Shown here piece by piece: positions 41,722 to 56,729 of a stretch of DNA of 64,000 bases (positions within the stretch are counted from its first letter, which is position 1; every line of letters starts with the position of its first letter). The DNA lies in contig CT868319.1 of assembly GCA_000165425.1 (NCBI GenBank), positions 62,001-126,000 of the forward strand, given 5' to 3'. A program made the translations under genes and the position numbers. This DNA comes from Paramecium tetraurelia. Lineage: Eukaryota. Below the pieces are notes generated by a model that searched no databases, had not been told where the DNA came from, and was given only the letters and a program-made list of their open reading frames with translations.

Positions 41722-43653
41722 ATGAATAAATTTATTCAAGATAAAATCTATCAATCCTCACAGCATGAAGAAATTACATCATTAATCTATAAAATAACTG
41801 ATCGGTAGACGAAATTTGCAGAACTTCATAATTAAGTTGAAGAAAGTATTCAAAAAGTAATAAATGTGAGTTAGAAATAATTTGAAAAAGTTATGAAAAG
41901 GAAATAGAAGGAATTCAGGTAAATTCTACAAGATCATGATGAAAGGATAAAAGAAATCACCTAGAAATATCATACTTCTTAAAATAACTAAATATAATAC
42001 TAAAATCAAAAGAAATCAGAATATATACGGATCTTTGAGTCTCTGTATTATGAATATTAATAGTTTATAGCATTTTTCGATCATGACCAATAGGCTGAAA
42101 ATAGTAATTATATTATTATGATCTATGAAATATTAACAGAGAGTTAGGTATTTCATGAAGACTAGAGATTGAATGAAACACTTCTAAATGAATATTTAAA
42201 GCAACATAAAATGAATAAGATATTATCTCTTCATGCATCTCTTAAGTTGATAATACCCCAATTATAAAAAGTTGAGGAAAACCTTTAATTATCAAAAATC
42301 AACAGCAAAAAAGGATAATATTTAAATATTCTTAATGAAAGGTTAAAAGCATTCATAGAAAATCTCAAATATGGTTTGAATTAATTGGATATGTTTTTAT
42401 CTTAAATTCAAGAGAACAATCAAGTCCAAAAAGAATTAGATACTAGAATTCATTCAAATTTGATACTAATTAACTAATTATTAAAGAATCATCAAGATAG
42501 AAAAATGACTGAATACGAAGATTTAAATAAAACGAATGAGAATCTCATCAAAATTATTAATCGACTCTTAGATATTAATTATAAACTTAAATTATAGCAG
42601 AAATAGAATTATGAAGATGTGTAATAACTCATGGAATTGTACTACCTTTAAAATGATAAAGCACCTTCCTTATAGCCATTGTCTAGAAAGAGTACTATTA
42701 AAATAATTAAACCTATATCATATTAGCGAACTAGAATCTTCTCAGAAACAAAAAAAGAAGTTCATTTTGATTTATCTTCTCGAAATTCAGTAAAAGAGAT
42801 GAATCTTGAATCACAAATCCTTTATCAATCTCCTCTTATTATTTAACCTCAAATAGTCAATCAACCTACTATAACAGATGTATCTCTCTTTAATTCTGGA
42901 TAAAGCCTTAACAAAATCAAAACTTAAAAATATTGTGATAAACATTGGACTTCAAAACATCAAACTAATGTGGATAAAAAAACTGCCATTCCTATTAAAT
43001 GTCAATGTCCTCCCTAGTGTTCATGCTAAGCTTTATTAATTATACATGTCCACACATGCAATAAACAATTGTATGTCAATTCTATAGGTCAGCTTCTATG
43101 CTAATAATGCCTTTTCACCTAAAACATATAGGACTATAGTTTCTACTGTCCTCACACAAGAACGAAAAATAAATTTAAATGTAGCAAAGATTTCCTAGAA
43201 GCATTTTGGTAACATATTAAAACTTTGACTATGAATTAATAAATTGTTGATTTTTGGAATCGCTTGTAAATAAGCTGTCAATAAATGTTTTAGGCAAATC
43301 CATTTTCTACATTAGAAATCCAAAATTCTATGAATTTTATTGCATTCTGTCCAAATTAATGTAAATGTAACCATAAATAGAGCAGATAAAAATATCATTT
43401 GTGCGAAAGCTAACTCTAAATAACATCTGATGGACTTGTTCATTGTAAAAAGTGTAATTTTAATGGGGATCCTAAGTAATATATTTGTTACTGTCCAGAC
43501 ACGAAAACATTCAATATTTATAGAAGTGGGGAGGAGTTTGTGTAGTCTTTAGATTTGATTCTTGAGGTAGGAAACTAATAGCAATAATAGCAATTACAAA
43601 ACTAATTTATTCAATAGTTAAGATAAAAAATTCCTTTTATTTTATGGGAATGA
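41722..43653 (+). CDS. Coiled-coil protein with two tandem Cys/His-rich putative Zn-binding domains (~643 aa)
   Basis: 1932-nt span ATG to TGA, apparently intronless; C-terminal repeats CPPQCSC..HTCNKQLYVNSIGQLLCQQC..FYCP and CPNQCKC..HLCESQLQITSDGLVHCKKC..CYCP. Confidence 0.75.
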
Positions 43654-44532
43654 TAAACCTTACATTATTATTTTTATTATTTTTTATATAATAGACAATA
43701 TTCTCTCTCTTTTCTTTCATAAAATTATCTTAATATAAATATATAACTATATATTTAAGTTTTGGATATCTTGTTTTAGTTTTTACAGAAGTATCATACC
43801 AATTAAGATCCTCAGTTTACTTGACAATAATATTCTATCATAATTTAAAAAGAGAATAATATTCAAATATTTGAATAAGTTTTAGTCTAGGCTATTGTAT
43901 AATTTCCCCTTAGTTTTATGTTAATTAACAAGTATCCCATTAAATTATTAAATATTAAATTAATCTCTATCTAGGGTGAAATTAAGAATTTTATAAAATT
44001 GCAACATAATCATTTAGTAAATTTTGAGAATTTATTTATTTATTTATCTAGCATTCATAAATAGAAGATATTTACTATTTCAATTACTTCAAAAATAATT
44101 AGTTTTATTTTATTTATTCAAGAAAATTTCAAAACTTTTTTCTATAAATAACATTGATACTGAGAGAAATCTTCCACTATAGTTGTAATATTTTTTCCAT
44201 TAATCAAGTAGCCAAACATCAGATATTAATATTAATACTAAATGCTAATTTTATGAAAAAAATCAATTACATAAAAATAATAATTAAAATGATAGAATTA
44301 AGAAAATTCAAATTCTATCATTTAAAAAACTTTAGTTTCTTCTTCCCAAATAAAGGTATTTTAATGAATGATTTTGATTAAATTAATTTAAGATTTGATA
44401 TATTATTAGTCGTTTGATGTCTTACATTATTATTGGGATCTACATTAGTATTAATTTATTAATTTGTTTATGTTAAACTTATCAAAATAAAATCAAAATA
44501 ATAATAAAATTACTTAATTAATCAATAATACA

Positions 44533-47171
44533 TCACATTATATTGCAGTCTTCCTATTTTTTATTATCTGAAATATTTATTGATCTTTCTTTATCATTCT
44601 ATCCATCTTATCCTTTAATTGAGGCTTCTAATCTTAAAGATTATTACTAAGATGAAGCTGAATGGTGATGCATCAACTTTTTATCAGTATAATTTTCAAC
44701 TTTATCCAAAAGTAATCTCATAGCTTTTTCATGTTAAGCACTCTGAAAATAACAATTATAATATTACTTCTCTAAAAAGTTTATTTAATTATTCTCTTTT
44801 TAAAAGTTAATCTATACTTCTGAATTGAATTTCTTTAATTAAATCTTCTATCTTTTTAAATAGTTAGATAGCCAACTATTCTTTTTCTTTATCCTCGTTT
44901 TCTTTTAGTGCCTCGAACGCATCAAATTGTCTCTCCAAATCTCTGTTTTTAAATTCTTAAGATATCTTCTCTTGTTCTTCATTCAAATACTTTTATTTTT
45001 CGTATTCTTCCTGTAATAATTTGATTAACTATTTTTATTCCTAACACAAATCTTGAGAATCCTTTAAATCTTTCTTCAGTTACTCATTTTCAGTCATCAA
45101 TTTATCATTCCTCCCATAAACAATTTCTAAACTTTCATTCATTTTCTTGTATTGCATTTCCAGTCTCTCCCTATTTATTTCCACATTTTTCTAATTGATC
45201 TACCTTTCATCTTACAATTATTATTCTAAGGAAGTAATCTATAATTGGAGCGTGCTTATTGTAAACTATGCTTCTTATTGGAATCTTTTAGAACGAACTA
45301 ATTCTAATTCTTATTCACCAGTGGTTAATTTTAATTCATCATAAGTTTCTTATAATGATTCTAAAGACTTTTCTGTTCTCTTTAACTTTTCTTCCATCAT
45401 TTCATATGATAATTTATCTTCATTTTATGTTCTGGATCTTGTGCTGGTTCTTGACCTTCCGAGATTAGATTCTAATTCATATTATAAATTATGATTTTCA
45501 AAGGCTAAATCAGTCAAAGTTTTGCTATTTTCTCTAACATTACTTTACAGCTTTCTAATTTCCACATTCTTATTATAGACTTAAGTTTGTGTTATCTATA
45601 ATTCTTCTTCTAAGCCTTAGTACTTAGCTCTTAACTCTTAAATTTAGGCTTACAACAGCGCAATAAATTTAGATTAGTCACTTCCACCTGTGTATGATTA
45701 ATTTGTTTATACATTTTATGGTAAATTTTGGAGATCGAATAATTCAGATTTGATTTTAGACATATCATTTTTTAACTATGAAATTTATTGGTTTTATTAT
45801 TAATTTTCTGCTAATGTTAATTAATAGATCTTGTTTTGCTCTTCAATTTATTTCTTCAATCCATTTTTTTCATTGTCCAAAATTTCATATTTATATTAGA
45901 GTTCTTTGTATTGATCGCTTGACAATATTTTATTTTATAGATATTTATCATCTAGAATAAAATTTGCTTTCTGTTCTTCTTATATGAAAGATTTAATTAT
46001 CTTATCTTAAATCTTTTAATCGACAATTTCAAACATCTTCAAGGATTCTTGCAATTCCCTAAATTCAACATTTCTTAGAATTTTTACAGCCAGTTTCTCA
46101 TATGAAACATCTGCATACTTCTTTATTTCTTCAATTCTCAAAGAACAAATTGCTGTCAATCCTTTTGAGAATTCTAAAAAGTTGCCTACCTTAATACAAT
46201 TATCAATCAAGAGAAAGGTGTTTTCAAAAGTAAGAGAATTAATCGACAAAGTCAATGCTAACTTTTAAAAGTCATGTTTTAAGTAAGATTAAATTTTTTA
46301 AACATCCGAAGATTGGAGATGGAACACTGAATCCAACAATGAGAGTATGAGTTTAGAATATTTTTTTATATCGTAATCGTTTGATTTAAGGAAGGTATAG
46401 TAAAGTTCTCTAGGGTACACTAATTCATAAAAATAGGACAGACACATAAAGGCTAATGGTTCTGAAGCAAAGCTTAAAAAGAATTATACCACAAGGATGA
46501 ATTCATCATCAAATCCAAATTTAGGCTAAATCCAATATATATACACTTACATGTTTATTAAGAAATGCTTTGATGATATTGCAAATGGCATTTTAAATCG
46601 AAGTAGCATCCTTTTTTTGAGTAATGTGATGATAAAATTCTTGAAAAGAGTAATTGTATGCTTCACAGTAATCAACTAGTTTGCTGTACATATTGCTCAT
46701 TGCATTTTTATATTTCGTAAATGCCATGCTTTCAGAGGCATCTTAATTCATGAATTTATATTCGAATTGAGGATCGTTTAGATTATCATAATAATCCTTT
46801 ACAATTTCTTCGTAATTCTTTTTGTTATTCATCTATTTAAGCCATCTCTCGCAAAGGGTGTCTTTACCAAAGGCAAGACTATTGGATTGAATGAATTATC
46901 TCATTCTCTAAGATTCTTCGTGACATAAATCACATTGTCTATGAGGTTTCTGATCAACGTTGGAAGCAGATTTATATAATCCGATCTTATAGATTATTTC
47001 TTTATTTTGCGAACACGAATAACAAACAGCCCTTTTGCATCTCTTACATTGATGCTCCTTCTACAAGACACTAAAGTCCTTTTAGCATATTTCACAAGCC
47101 TTCTTTTTGCCTCTAATGTCTTAAATATTAATTTAGAAGAATGCTTTTTTAAGTGTAAATTATTTGTTCAT
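44533..47171 (-). CDS. FYVE-like Zn finger + TBC (Rab-GAP)-like domain + long coiled coil + C-terminal CaaX (CNIM)
   Basis: CEICQKDFSVLQKEHQCKRCKRAVCYSCS...RQCDLC; IIKAFLNKHPKFGFDDEFILVVQFFLSFASEPLAFMCL; frame continuous through 45800-45700 into the coiled coil; ends EDCNIM*. Confidence 0.78.
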
Positions 47172-47557
47172 TATTAATAATATAAAGTGTGAAATTGAAA
47201 TAGGTAATTTGATATAACATTTCAATTCTAGGTAGGTGAGATAAGAATTACATTGCTTTTTTTGTAATAATATTCTTAATCTGAATAATAAATTAAGATA
47301 TTTGCTTAATTAAATTTAATAACTTTGTTTTTAGACTTAATTTATTGTCGAACTTCAACTCTGTGCTATGTTGAATCTTTGGTTCAAGCTATACAAGGGA
47401 GTGATTAGAGAATCTATCCATTTTCTGAAGTGGCTACTCAGTTACAGGCATGGTAAGGAGGAAAAGAAAAACAGATATCAATTATTTATAAGAATGACGA
47501 AAGTGATTTAATTTCAATAATTCTAATAATTTATTTTCTTAAAAATATTAAATAAGC

Positions 47558-48028
47558 ATGAAGGAACAGGTTTAAAGACAAACTAGATTTTAATCCAAGG
47601 CTGAATAATGTGGAATATGTTATAATGCAATTGAGAATTAAGTAAGAGATGTTTGAAGGTTTAGGGAGCTCTGGATAGCTGCAATCACTCATTTTGTTCA
47701 GATTGCATCAAAAAATGGTCTAATGTATGTAACCTTTTTCATTTTAGATTGAAAATACATGTCCGCTATGCAAATAGAAATTCACTTAAATTGAATTCAA
47801 GTGGAAGAGAGTATATTTTTTAAATTTATTCAGGTTCATTACAAAAGTCATAAGATTTCAAAGCCAAAATGTAAACAAAACAAGTATCTGCCATAATATT
47901 GTAGGATTTACGTTAAAGATAAAAGTTAGTCGCAAAAGGAAGATCAATTTAGTGTCTTACTAGATCTTCTTATAGATTTCATCCTTGCTGATAGTATAAA
48001 TATAATTAAACCATTAGTAAATGATTGA
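47558..48028 (+). CDS. Small RING-HC zinc-finger protein
   Basis: CGICYNAIENQGALDSCNHSFCSDCIKKWSNIENTCPLCK assembled across 23-nt introns. Confidence 0.82.
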
Positions 48029-48081
48029 AAATTATGTGAAAACCTTTAAATTTTGTATATTATATATATCTTTATTTAACA

Positions 48082-49532
<1,451 letters not shown>

Positions 49533-49563
49533 GAATTAATTTATTAATATAATAAAATATATC

Positions 49564-50533
49564 TCAATCTAATAACTAATTGGCAATCCTTTCTAATTTA
49601 TCAATGGCGTCACCCGTATATTTCTTTTTATTTTTACCAGTTTCAATTATCTATTCGATAAATTTAATACTGTTAAGTTCTAACTATTAATTTTAAGTCT
49701 TGTATTCATTGGGTGATGAATAACTAAGATTTCTGATTTTACTCCATCTCTTTTATGGAAATTATTAAATTATCTTTTTCGCATCTAATTTTTTCCTCAC
49801 TTCATTCAATTAAGTTTTTTTCAATTTCCTAGTCGTTTGTACTAAGTCTTAATTGCACTCATACCTTCCATCTCTAGAGAAGAAGCTTCGCTGTTTTCTT
49901 GATTCTCAACCTCAACTTTGATTTCCTCATTGTTATGTTGTACTTTATTATAAGTTTCATATTTTGTGATATATTGCTATCTCTCCTATGATCTTGCTAA
50001 TTGTAATAATCAAATACTTTGACTATGATTGTTGAATTCCTCCTACATTCTAATATAGGCTTGATCAATCAAAGAGTTTATTTTATCCTTATTTTGTTCT
50101 TACTTCACATCATTGACAGTTTTTAGTAAGTGATGTTTCTGCTTTAAGCTATGCAAGAAAGACATCATAATTACCTTGAAACTGGAACTGAATCATCGAA
50201 CACTTTGCCTTTATCAAACAGACCTAAATAATTTGGAGATTTTATTTAAATTGATGCCAATTAATGTCTTTTAACTGTCTGAGGTTTTTCAACAACCATT
50301 GATTTTTAAACAGGTTTTTTCCTTCTTTATTGAAAAGCTGCCTATAATTATTGATTATATCGTTGAATATTATTTCTTAACGTTAATAATTCTATTGCTC
50401 GATTTGACTTAATTTACTTGGTTTGGACTTTCTCAATTGGATTAGGCACTGAATAATTTCTAACTTATTAAATATGCTTTTCATAAGTCTTGCACTCAAA
50501 GTCTAAAAATTCGTTTAAGCTACCTATGTTCAT
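49564..50533 (-). CDS. Hypothetical protein (basic, coiled-coil rich)
   Basis: MNIGSLNEFLDFECKTYEK...; at least two tiny introns; ends ...DKLERIANQLLD* at TGA 49564. Confidence 0.55.
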
Positions 50534-50817
50534 AATAATTAATAATATATATATTTTATATATAAAATTCCAATATAATTTTGATGAATTTCCTACTCTC
50601 ATTATTGGATAAGAAGTACGTAATTGTATTAATTATTAAGTTAAGTTATTCAAACATTTTATATTAAATAAAGATGATATTACTTTGATATAATATTAGA
50701 TTTCTTCAATTTTTATTAAATGCTATCATAGTTTTATAATGATATAACATGCTTATGTTATTATGGCCTCATTAAGTTAATATAAAGATTAATGAATTAA
50801 ATATCAAATAATGATAT

Positions 50818-53403
50818 ATGAGATTCTCATCAAATAAGACATCATATGATGATTAATAAGAAAATTTATATTATAATTAAATGCAAGCTAATTGTATTTT
50901 GAAGCCACTGTAGTTGCAACCTTAGGTAAGATCACTTATTGTAATATAGAAACCGCTGAAACCTTTGGCTGGAATGCAGCAAAATCTAAATGAGCATTTA
51001 AACAACATCAAGAACATAATTCCTTATCAATTTGTTGATAAAAGCAGTCCTCATATTACAATTTGTAAGATAAATGAATAAATTTGAGGTGGATTGACTC
51101 CTAAGATAACAGAACAATCATTAAGGCTAGTATGTGCAGAATATGGAAATGTTGTGAGTATCTCTTTACGCGCATACTATAAGGATGTTCAGGCATAGAT
51201 TGTAGCGAATGTTACATATGAAAATGCCTCATCAGCTTAGCATGCTTATATGGAATTGCAAAAGAAGGTAGAAAATGGATTTCATTTTCAACTTTAGTAA
51301 AATTTTAAATTAAGTGTAGTTATGGAGGTCCATGTTATTAGAGTAAATCCAAAATAGTGAAAATAAAGTTACCTAATCCGTAGATAAGAGGAATAATAGA
51401 TAAATTGGCTAGACAAGTAGTGAAGGAAGGTGCACAATTTGAGTAGATGATTAAGTAAAGGGAGATAAATAATAGCAAATATGCATTTTTATATTTGGTA
51501 TTTGGTGATAGAGATGATCTTAGTAATCTGAGGAGAATGAGTATTACAAATGGAGAGTGTATTCATTTTAGAATGGTGATGATGAGAAGTAATGGAAGTA
51601 GGAACCCTATTATTTCAATTTGAATGAGCGCATTTACATTCCACCTGCAATAGAAGTAGAAGAGGCTCCTTCATTTGCCAAGAAGGAATTGGAAAAAGCT
51701 TAAAGTAAATGCAGCAGCATTATAATCATAGTTACGACAAAAAATAAGAAAGCTCAATATTATGTGTTAGAGGATCAAGATAGATTGACATTGAGTCAGA
51801 TGATAAGGGAATTGAATACTTAGAAGTAATTAAACAATTTTAGGATAGACATACAATAGGAAAGGCTATGGTGTTCTGTATTGACCATCAGAACTGTCCA
51901 GCAGATCTGATGCTGATTTTAGAGGATTCACTCTTAAATGATTCTATATGGTCAATGAAAGTATTTAGAACTTATTAATGTTAGCTTGCTCGTTTGTATT
52001 TGATTTCAGATATTTTGAATAACTGCAATCAGAATTTCAAGAGCTACATTTAGTGGTGTTTACCTAAGATTTTTAGTAATTTGGATCAGTTGCTGCCTTA
52101 TAAAGAGAAAGTAATGTGTTGTGTATATGATAAATAAAGATTTTGAAATTGTTGCAATGTTGGCGAGAGTAGAATTTGTTTGACCAAAAGTACTTGAAGG
52201 GATTAGAGTTGTCCTTTTTGATGAAAGAACAGTCAATCCAAATTGAGAGCATCTCCTCATAGCTTTATAAAGTCGATGGTTATTTTATTGAAGGAAAAAC
52301 TCGCTCATGTTGATGATGAGACACTTGATCGTATCTGCCGAATCAAGGGACTGTGTTCTTAGGGTCCTCGAGATACCCTAATCCAACGTTTAGTTCAGCA
52401 TAAGTTCTACAACCGAGCCAACCATGACGTCTCGCTTGAGCAAGTGTCCAAATTTGTTCAAGTTTATCGCTACATCGTTGAAAAGGTATTTGTGATCTAT
52501 ACTATCATCAAATCAAAGGATCAATAAACTATAATATCATCCTAGAAGCAATCATTTACAACATAAATTCAAATGATGCAGGAGTTTCTTAAACTCTTAT
52601 AGAAGAGGTTAACATTATATTACCTTTAGATATAAAAATATTATAAGTAGAGACGGAGAGGAAATAGATGCAGTAGATGAAAGAATTTATGAGTTCAACA
52701 AACATATTGAGATCTAGAGAGCTGAGCGAAATCTCTATCTAAACATAGACGGCAAGGATCTTACTGAAGAAGACATCAGAACAATTGATGATAAGAAGGT
52801 TCAGGTTGTTACCAATTATGAGCTAACCTATCTACAACCTAAACCTCCTTTGCCTCCACCTCCGACAGATCCCATTGAAGTATTTTTTTCACTTACATTC
52901 TAGATTGAAGTCTAATAATATCGAGACATTCTCTTTCAAAGTGGTTTGTATGATCCTTTCAAAATTGAAGAATTCTCTAAATCTAAAAGAGCTCAATTGG
53001 TTAAGGCTGATTAATTGAAGAAGGAGAGGGAGAGACAATTGTTACTGAAGTAGCAATAAGAGTAGAGAGAGAGAGAAAAAGAAAGAGAGAGGGAAAGGGA
53101 AAGAGAGAGAGAGAAAGAAAGGGAAAAAGAAAGGGAAAAGGAAAGAGAAAGAGAGAAGGAACGTGAGAGAGAAAAGGAAAGAGAAAGATAACGACATCAT
53201 AGTAATATATCTATATTATCATAGATCGTAATAACAAAAGAAGTAGTTCAAGTTCTGGATCAGATAAAAGGAATTAGAAGAAAAGGTTTGATGGAAAATA
53301 TGATCAAAAATATGATTAGAAATATGATTAGAAACATTATAAGAGAAGATCCAGATCAAGAAGCAATTCAAGAAAAAAGAAAGCTCAAAACAAAAAGAGA
53401 TGA
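50818..53403 (+). CDS. U2SURP: U2 snRNP-associated SURP-motif protein (SR140-like): RRM-SURP-CID-SAP-like-RE/RS tail
   Basis: RRM (ITICGLTPKITEQSL..EYGNV), SURP (IIDKLARQVVKEGAQFEQMI..YAFL..YYKWRV), CID (IGKAMVFCIDH..LARLYLISDILNN), SAP-like LDRICRIKGLCSQGPRDTLIQRL, IDGKDL, RE and RS repeats. Confidence 0.85.
53062..53186 (+). repeat. Purine-rich low-complexity coding repeat (RE/KE dipeptides)
   Basis: GA/GAAAAGGA-type repeats encoding REREKEREREKE inside U2SURP. Confidence 0.85.
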
Positions 53404-53446
53404 GTAAAATATAATAAAGCATAAAAAATATAATTACAAAATATAT

Positions 53447-54417
53447 TTGTTCATCAAACCATTAAAGAATTTTGAATTTGTTTTAGAATAGTTGACTCTT
53501 GGTAAACGAATAGATGGTCGAGATCCCTTACAATTAAGAATGATCTAATCTCATTTTGGACCTTAGATTACAGGGGCTGTTGAATTAAGTCTGGGTGAAA
53601 CAAGTGTATCAAGAATGTTAGAAATTAATTAAGGTCACCCAATCCAATAAGACCATCAGAAGGATTCCTTAAATTTCATCTGGATTTATAGGTATTGAGA
53701 GATACCGGTTATATGCATAATCCAATTAAATTGGACATGGAAATAGAAAAATACATTGAAAAAGTAATCAAAGGATCCAAGTATCGAATTAATTATATTA
53801 AGAGCTCTTGATACTGAATCTTTATGTATTTTGTCTGGCAAAAATGTTTGGTCAATAGATGTTAATGTAGCCTTAATTAATAATGATGGGAATCTCTTAG
53901 ATGCCATGTATCTCTGCTGTATTTTCTCTTAACAACATTTTCGAAGACCTTAAGTGAGTGTTTCCCTTTAAGGTGTAAAAGTGGAAGTTGAAAAGAGATT
54001 GGTACCTTTGAGTATTCATCACATTCCTCTAAGTCTCACTTAAGCAATATTGGAATTGAATGAATAAACCATTCTCTTATAAGACTCATGTGTAAGTTCT
54101 TGTATCAATCATTTAGTTGGAAGAGGAAGATTCAGAATGGAAGAATCACTTATGGTGTAAACATTTATAATGATATATGCCATGTGCATAAACCTGGAGG
54201 ATCTCCTATCAACATTTTGATATTGCAATAATTGACAACAGTCACATTGATGAAATCGAAACCATACACAGAAGAAATAAGAAATCTCCTGATTAACACT
54301 AAGGGTCTCCCAATAGAGAAGACAGTTACTCTCTTCAAATTTGAATTACCTAAATAGTCAAGTGATGCCATACCATATAGGTTGATTAATTAGAGTAATT
54401 GTATAATTAATGAGTGA
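53447..54417 (+). pseudogene. RRP45: Exosome RNase PH-like subunit RRP45/EXOSC9, probably pseudogenising
   Basis: KRIDGR, LGET, PNPIRPSEG, ALDTESLCILSGKNVWSI, NDGNLLDA, HFRRP, LSIHHIP, HKPGG; no in-frame ATG (TTG at 53447), frame problem at 53604-53635, +1 frameshift at ~54125. Confidence 0.7.
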
Positions 54418-54732
54418 TTGTTCTTTTTGCTTATATAATAATAATGAATAATTTAAAATTGAATTCCTAAATGAAATTTTAAAAGTATTTTATTCTCTAT
54501 TTTATTATGTAAGAAGACACTGTATTATGTTAGCATTTATAAATAGAATATATGTACAGTGTTATTGATTGATTTATAAATATAATGTTTGATATGAGAC
54601 CCTAAGATGATCAATATTTTCGCAAGCTTCATGATACTTAAGAAATAAAAATAATAAAAGATGAAATACCAATAAAAAGCATCAAATTTAGTCTAATTAC
54701 TTTATTATTAAAAAGATAACAAACATAACCAA

Positions 54733-56503
54733 TCAAAACTCTAACTTTCTTATATACTCAAAATTCTCTTTCAAAAATTACTATTAAAATTTATCAGACC
54801 ATTTCAGTTCTTTAGCCATAATTTAAAACACCTTTTCATACACTGTAAAAATGGCATTCTAATCTAAAAACCCTAATCTTGTCCTCCTAAATAAAATATC
54901 TTCTGGTTTTCTAGCTTATTCATATCTAATCTAGTATAAGATTTCTCCAACTGTGTGAGGGAATTATGGATGTAAACTTTCTTTATTTTCTGGTTTTTCA
55001 TAAATTAGCTTTAAAACATCATATGCTCTATCTCCATATGTAGTTAAGAAATATGCTGCATAAGATTAAGGTAAGTCAAACATTTTCATCATAATTTAGA
55101 TTTCTTTTCTGTGATCAAATTATGTCCAATCCCCAACTAACTTTGGCAAGTTCTCTATTCTTTTTTAGTTTTTCCCTATTAACTACTAAACCTTATCTAC
55201 TGCTTACTCGCCCATCAATCTAAAGATGGTCCATTTACCCCCCATTACTGATATTAAGCCACTCTTTGATACTTCTATTTGATGAGTTCTTGAGACCTCC
55301 TTAGTACTAAGAGCATCGCTTTAATATACTAAGGGTCTCACTCCACACCATTTAGATTTTACATCTCTAGCGGCTTCGCTTGCATCAACAGTAAATTCAT
55401 CGCAAAATGATTTCAACAACCACATATATTCCTCATGACTTACAGTAGGATCATGAGTAGGGCTCTCTAACTTTCGTTCTGTGGTACCCATGATCATATT
55501 TCCTTACCAAGGTATCATGTATAGAACTCTGCCATCACTAGTTTTTGGTATCAAATATCCCCAATGACGAGATCCGTATTTTTGGGGCAAAGTTATATGA
55601 CTACCTGCGACTGAGACTATTCTCTTACTAACAGTTGGATCATCCATCAAACGTAAATTGTCAGCCCATCCACCAGTTGCATTTACAACGCATTTACCTT
55701 TGATTTTAATTTGTTTCTACCCAATCTTATCGAATGCTTAAACTCCTGTGATTTTATTTTACTCATCTTTTAATAATCCTTTAACCTCAACATAATTGGC
55801 CATGTTCTATCCTATTCAAATAATTCACTAATGTACCTTTGAGACTAGATGTAACAAGTAATTCTTAAACCATCCTGGCGTCATTGAATTATCCATCATA
55901 GTATATTACACCATAATTACATTTAGCAAATTTAAAGTGCGATTAAATTTCTTCTTTGCCAACTATTCTTGGAGGCTTAAACGTGTGTCCTCCTGTCTAG
56001 TAGTACAAGTAAACACAATGATATACCAAGGACCCCAAATAATAATAGCCCAAATCAAATAAATTATTGCATGGTATTAAAGTTGGGAAATCCTAGGTTA
56101 AATAAGAGCACATTGATAAAAAATTAGATCTCTCTCTTAATGATTCTGACACCAAATCCCATTTTTCTATTCTGTTTTTTTCGGACAATTGAAATATTTG
56201 TTGCATGTACCTTACACCTCCATGTACTAATTTCGTCGATTTGCTAGATGCACCACTGGCATAATCTTGTGACTCCAAAACTATCGATTTCAATCCCCTG
56301 TTGGCACAAGCAAGAGATACACCTGCCCCAGTAGCTCCTCCTCCGACTATAATGACGTCGTATTCACTTTATAGTGCGTCAGCTAAATGCTCCTCTCTGC
56401 TCTTCAATTTATAATAGATTTGTTGGGAATCTCCAGCACTCTACAACTATATTTTTCGTTGAGTCAATAACGAAGCTACTGTAACAAAGGCCACTTTATT
56501 CAT
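54733..56503 (-). CDS. GPD2: Mitochondrial FAD-dependent glycerol-3-phosphate dehydrogenase
   Basis: YDVIIVGGGATGAG, GASSKSTKLVHGGVRY, YYDGQFNDAR, VVNATGGWAD, GSHI, GVRPL, GGKWTIFRLMGE, RRTRLGFLD; N-terminal targeting-like sequence. Confidence 0.93.
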
Positions 56504-56729
56504 AAATATTATTTTAATAATAGATTTTTTAAATTCAAAAATAACCAAAAATAATCCAATTAATTCTAATCTCATAAATTTATGAATTCACTATTACTTC
56601 AATTCTAATTACAATTACACTATTTAATTATCATTCTAATATAGATACATAATTTTATATAATTAAAAATAGTTAAATTCACTTTCGTTAAATTGATATA
56701 GATCAAAAACTATTCCATATAAATGTATA

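Noticed and set aside
44533..45763. Lamin-like protein (coiled coil ending in CaaX CNIM) starting at ATG 45763
   Set aside because: The frame continues upstream without a stop into the TBC-like and FYVE regions, so this is the tail of a larger protein; no lamin tail Ig fold seen.
53062..53345. GA-rich tract and 12-nt AAATATGATTAG repeats as a CRISPR or satellite
   Set aside because: No repeat-spacer structure; they encode RE/KE and KYDQ low-complexity segments of U2SURP.
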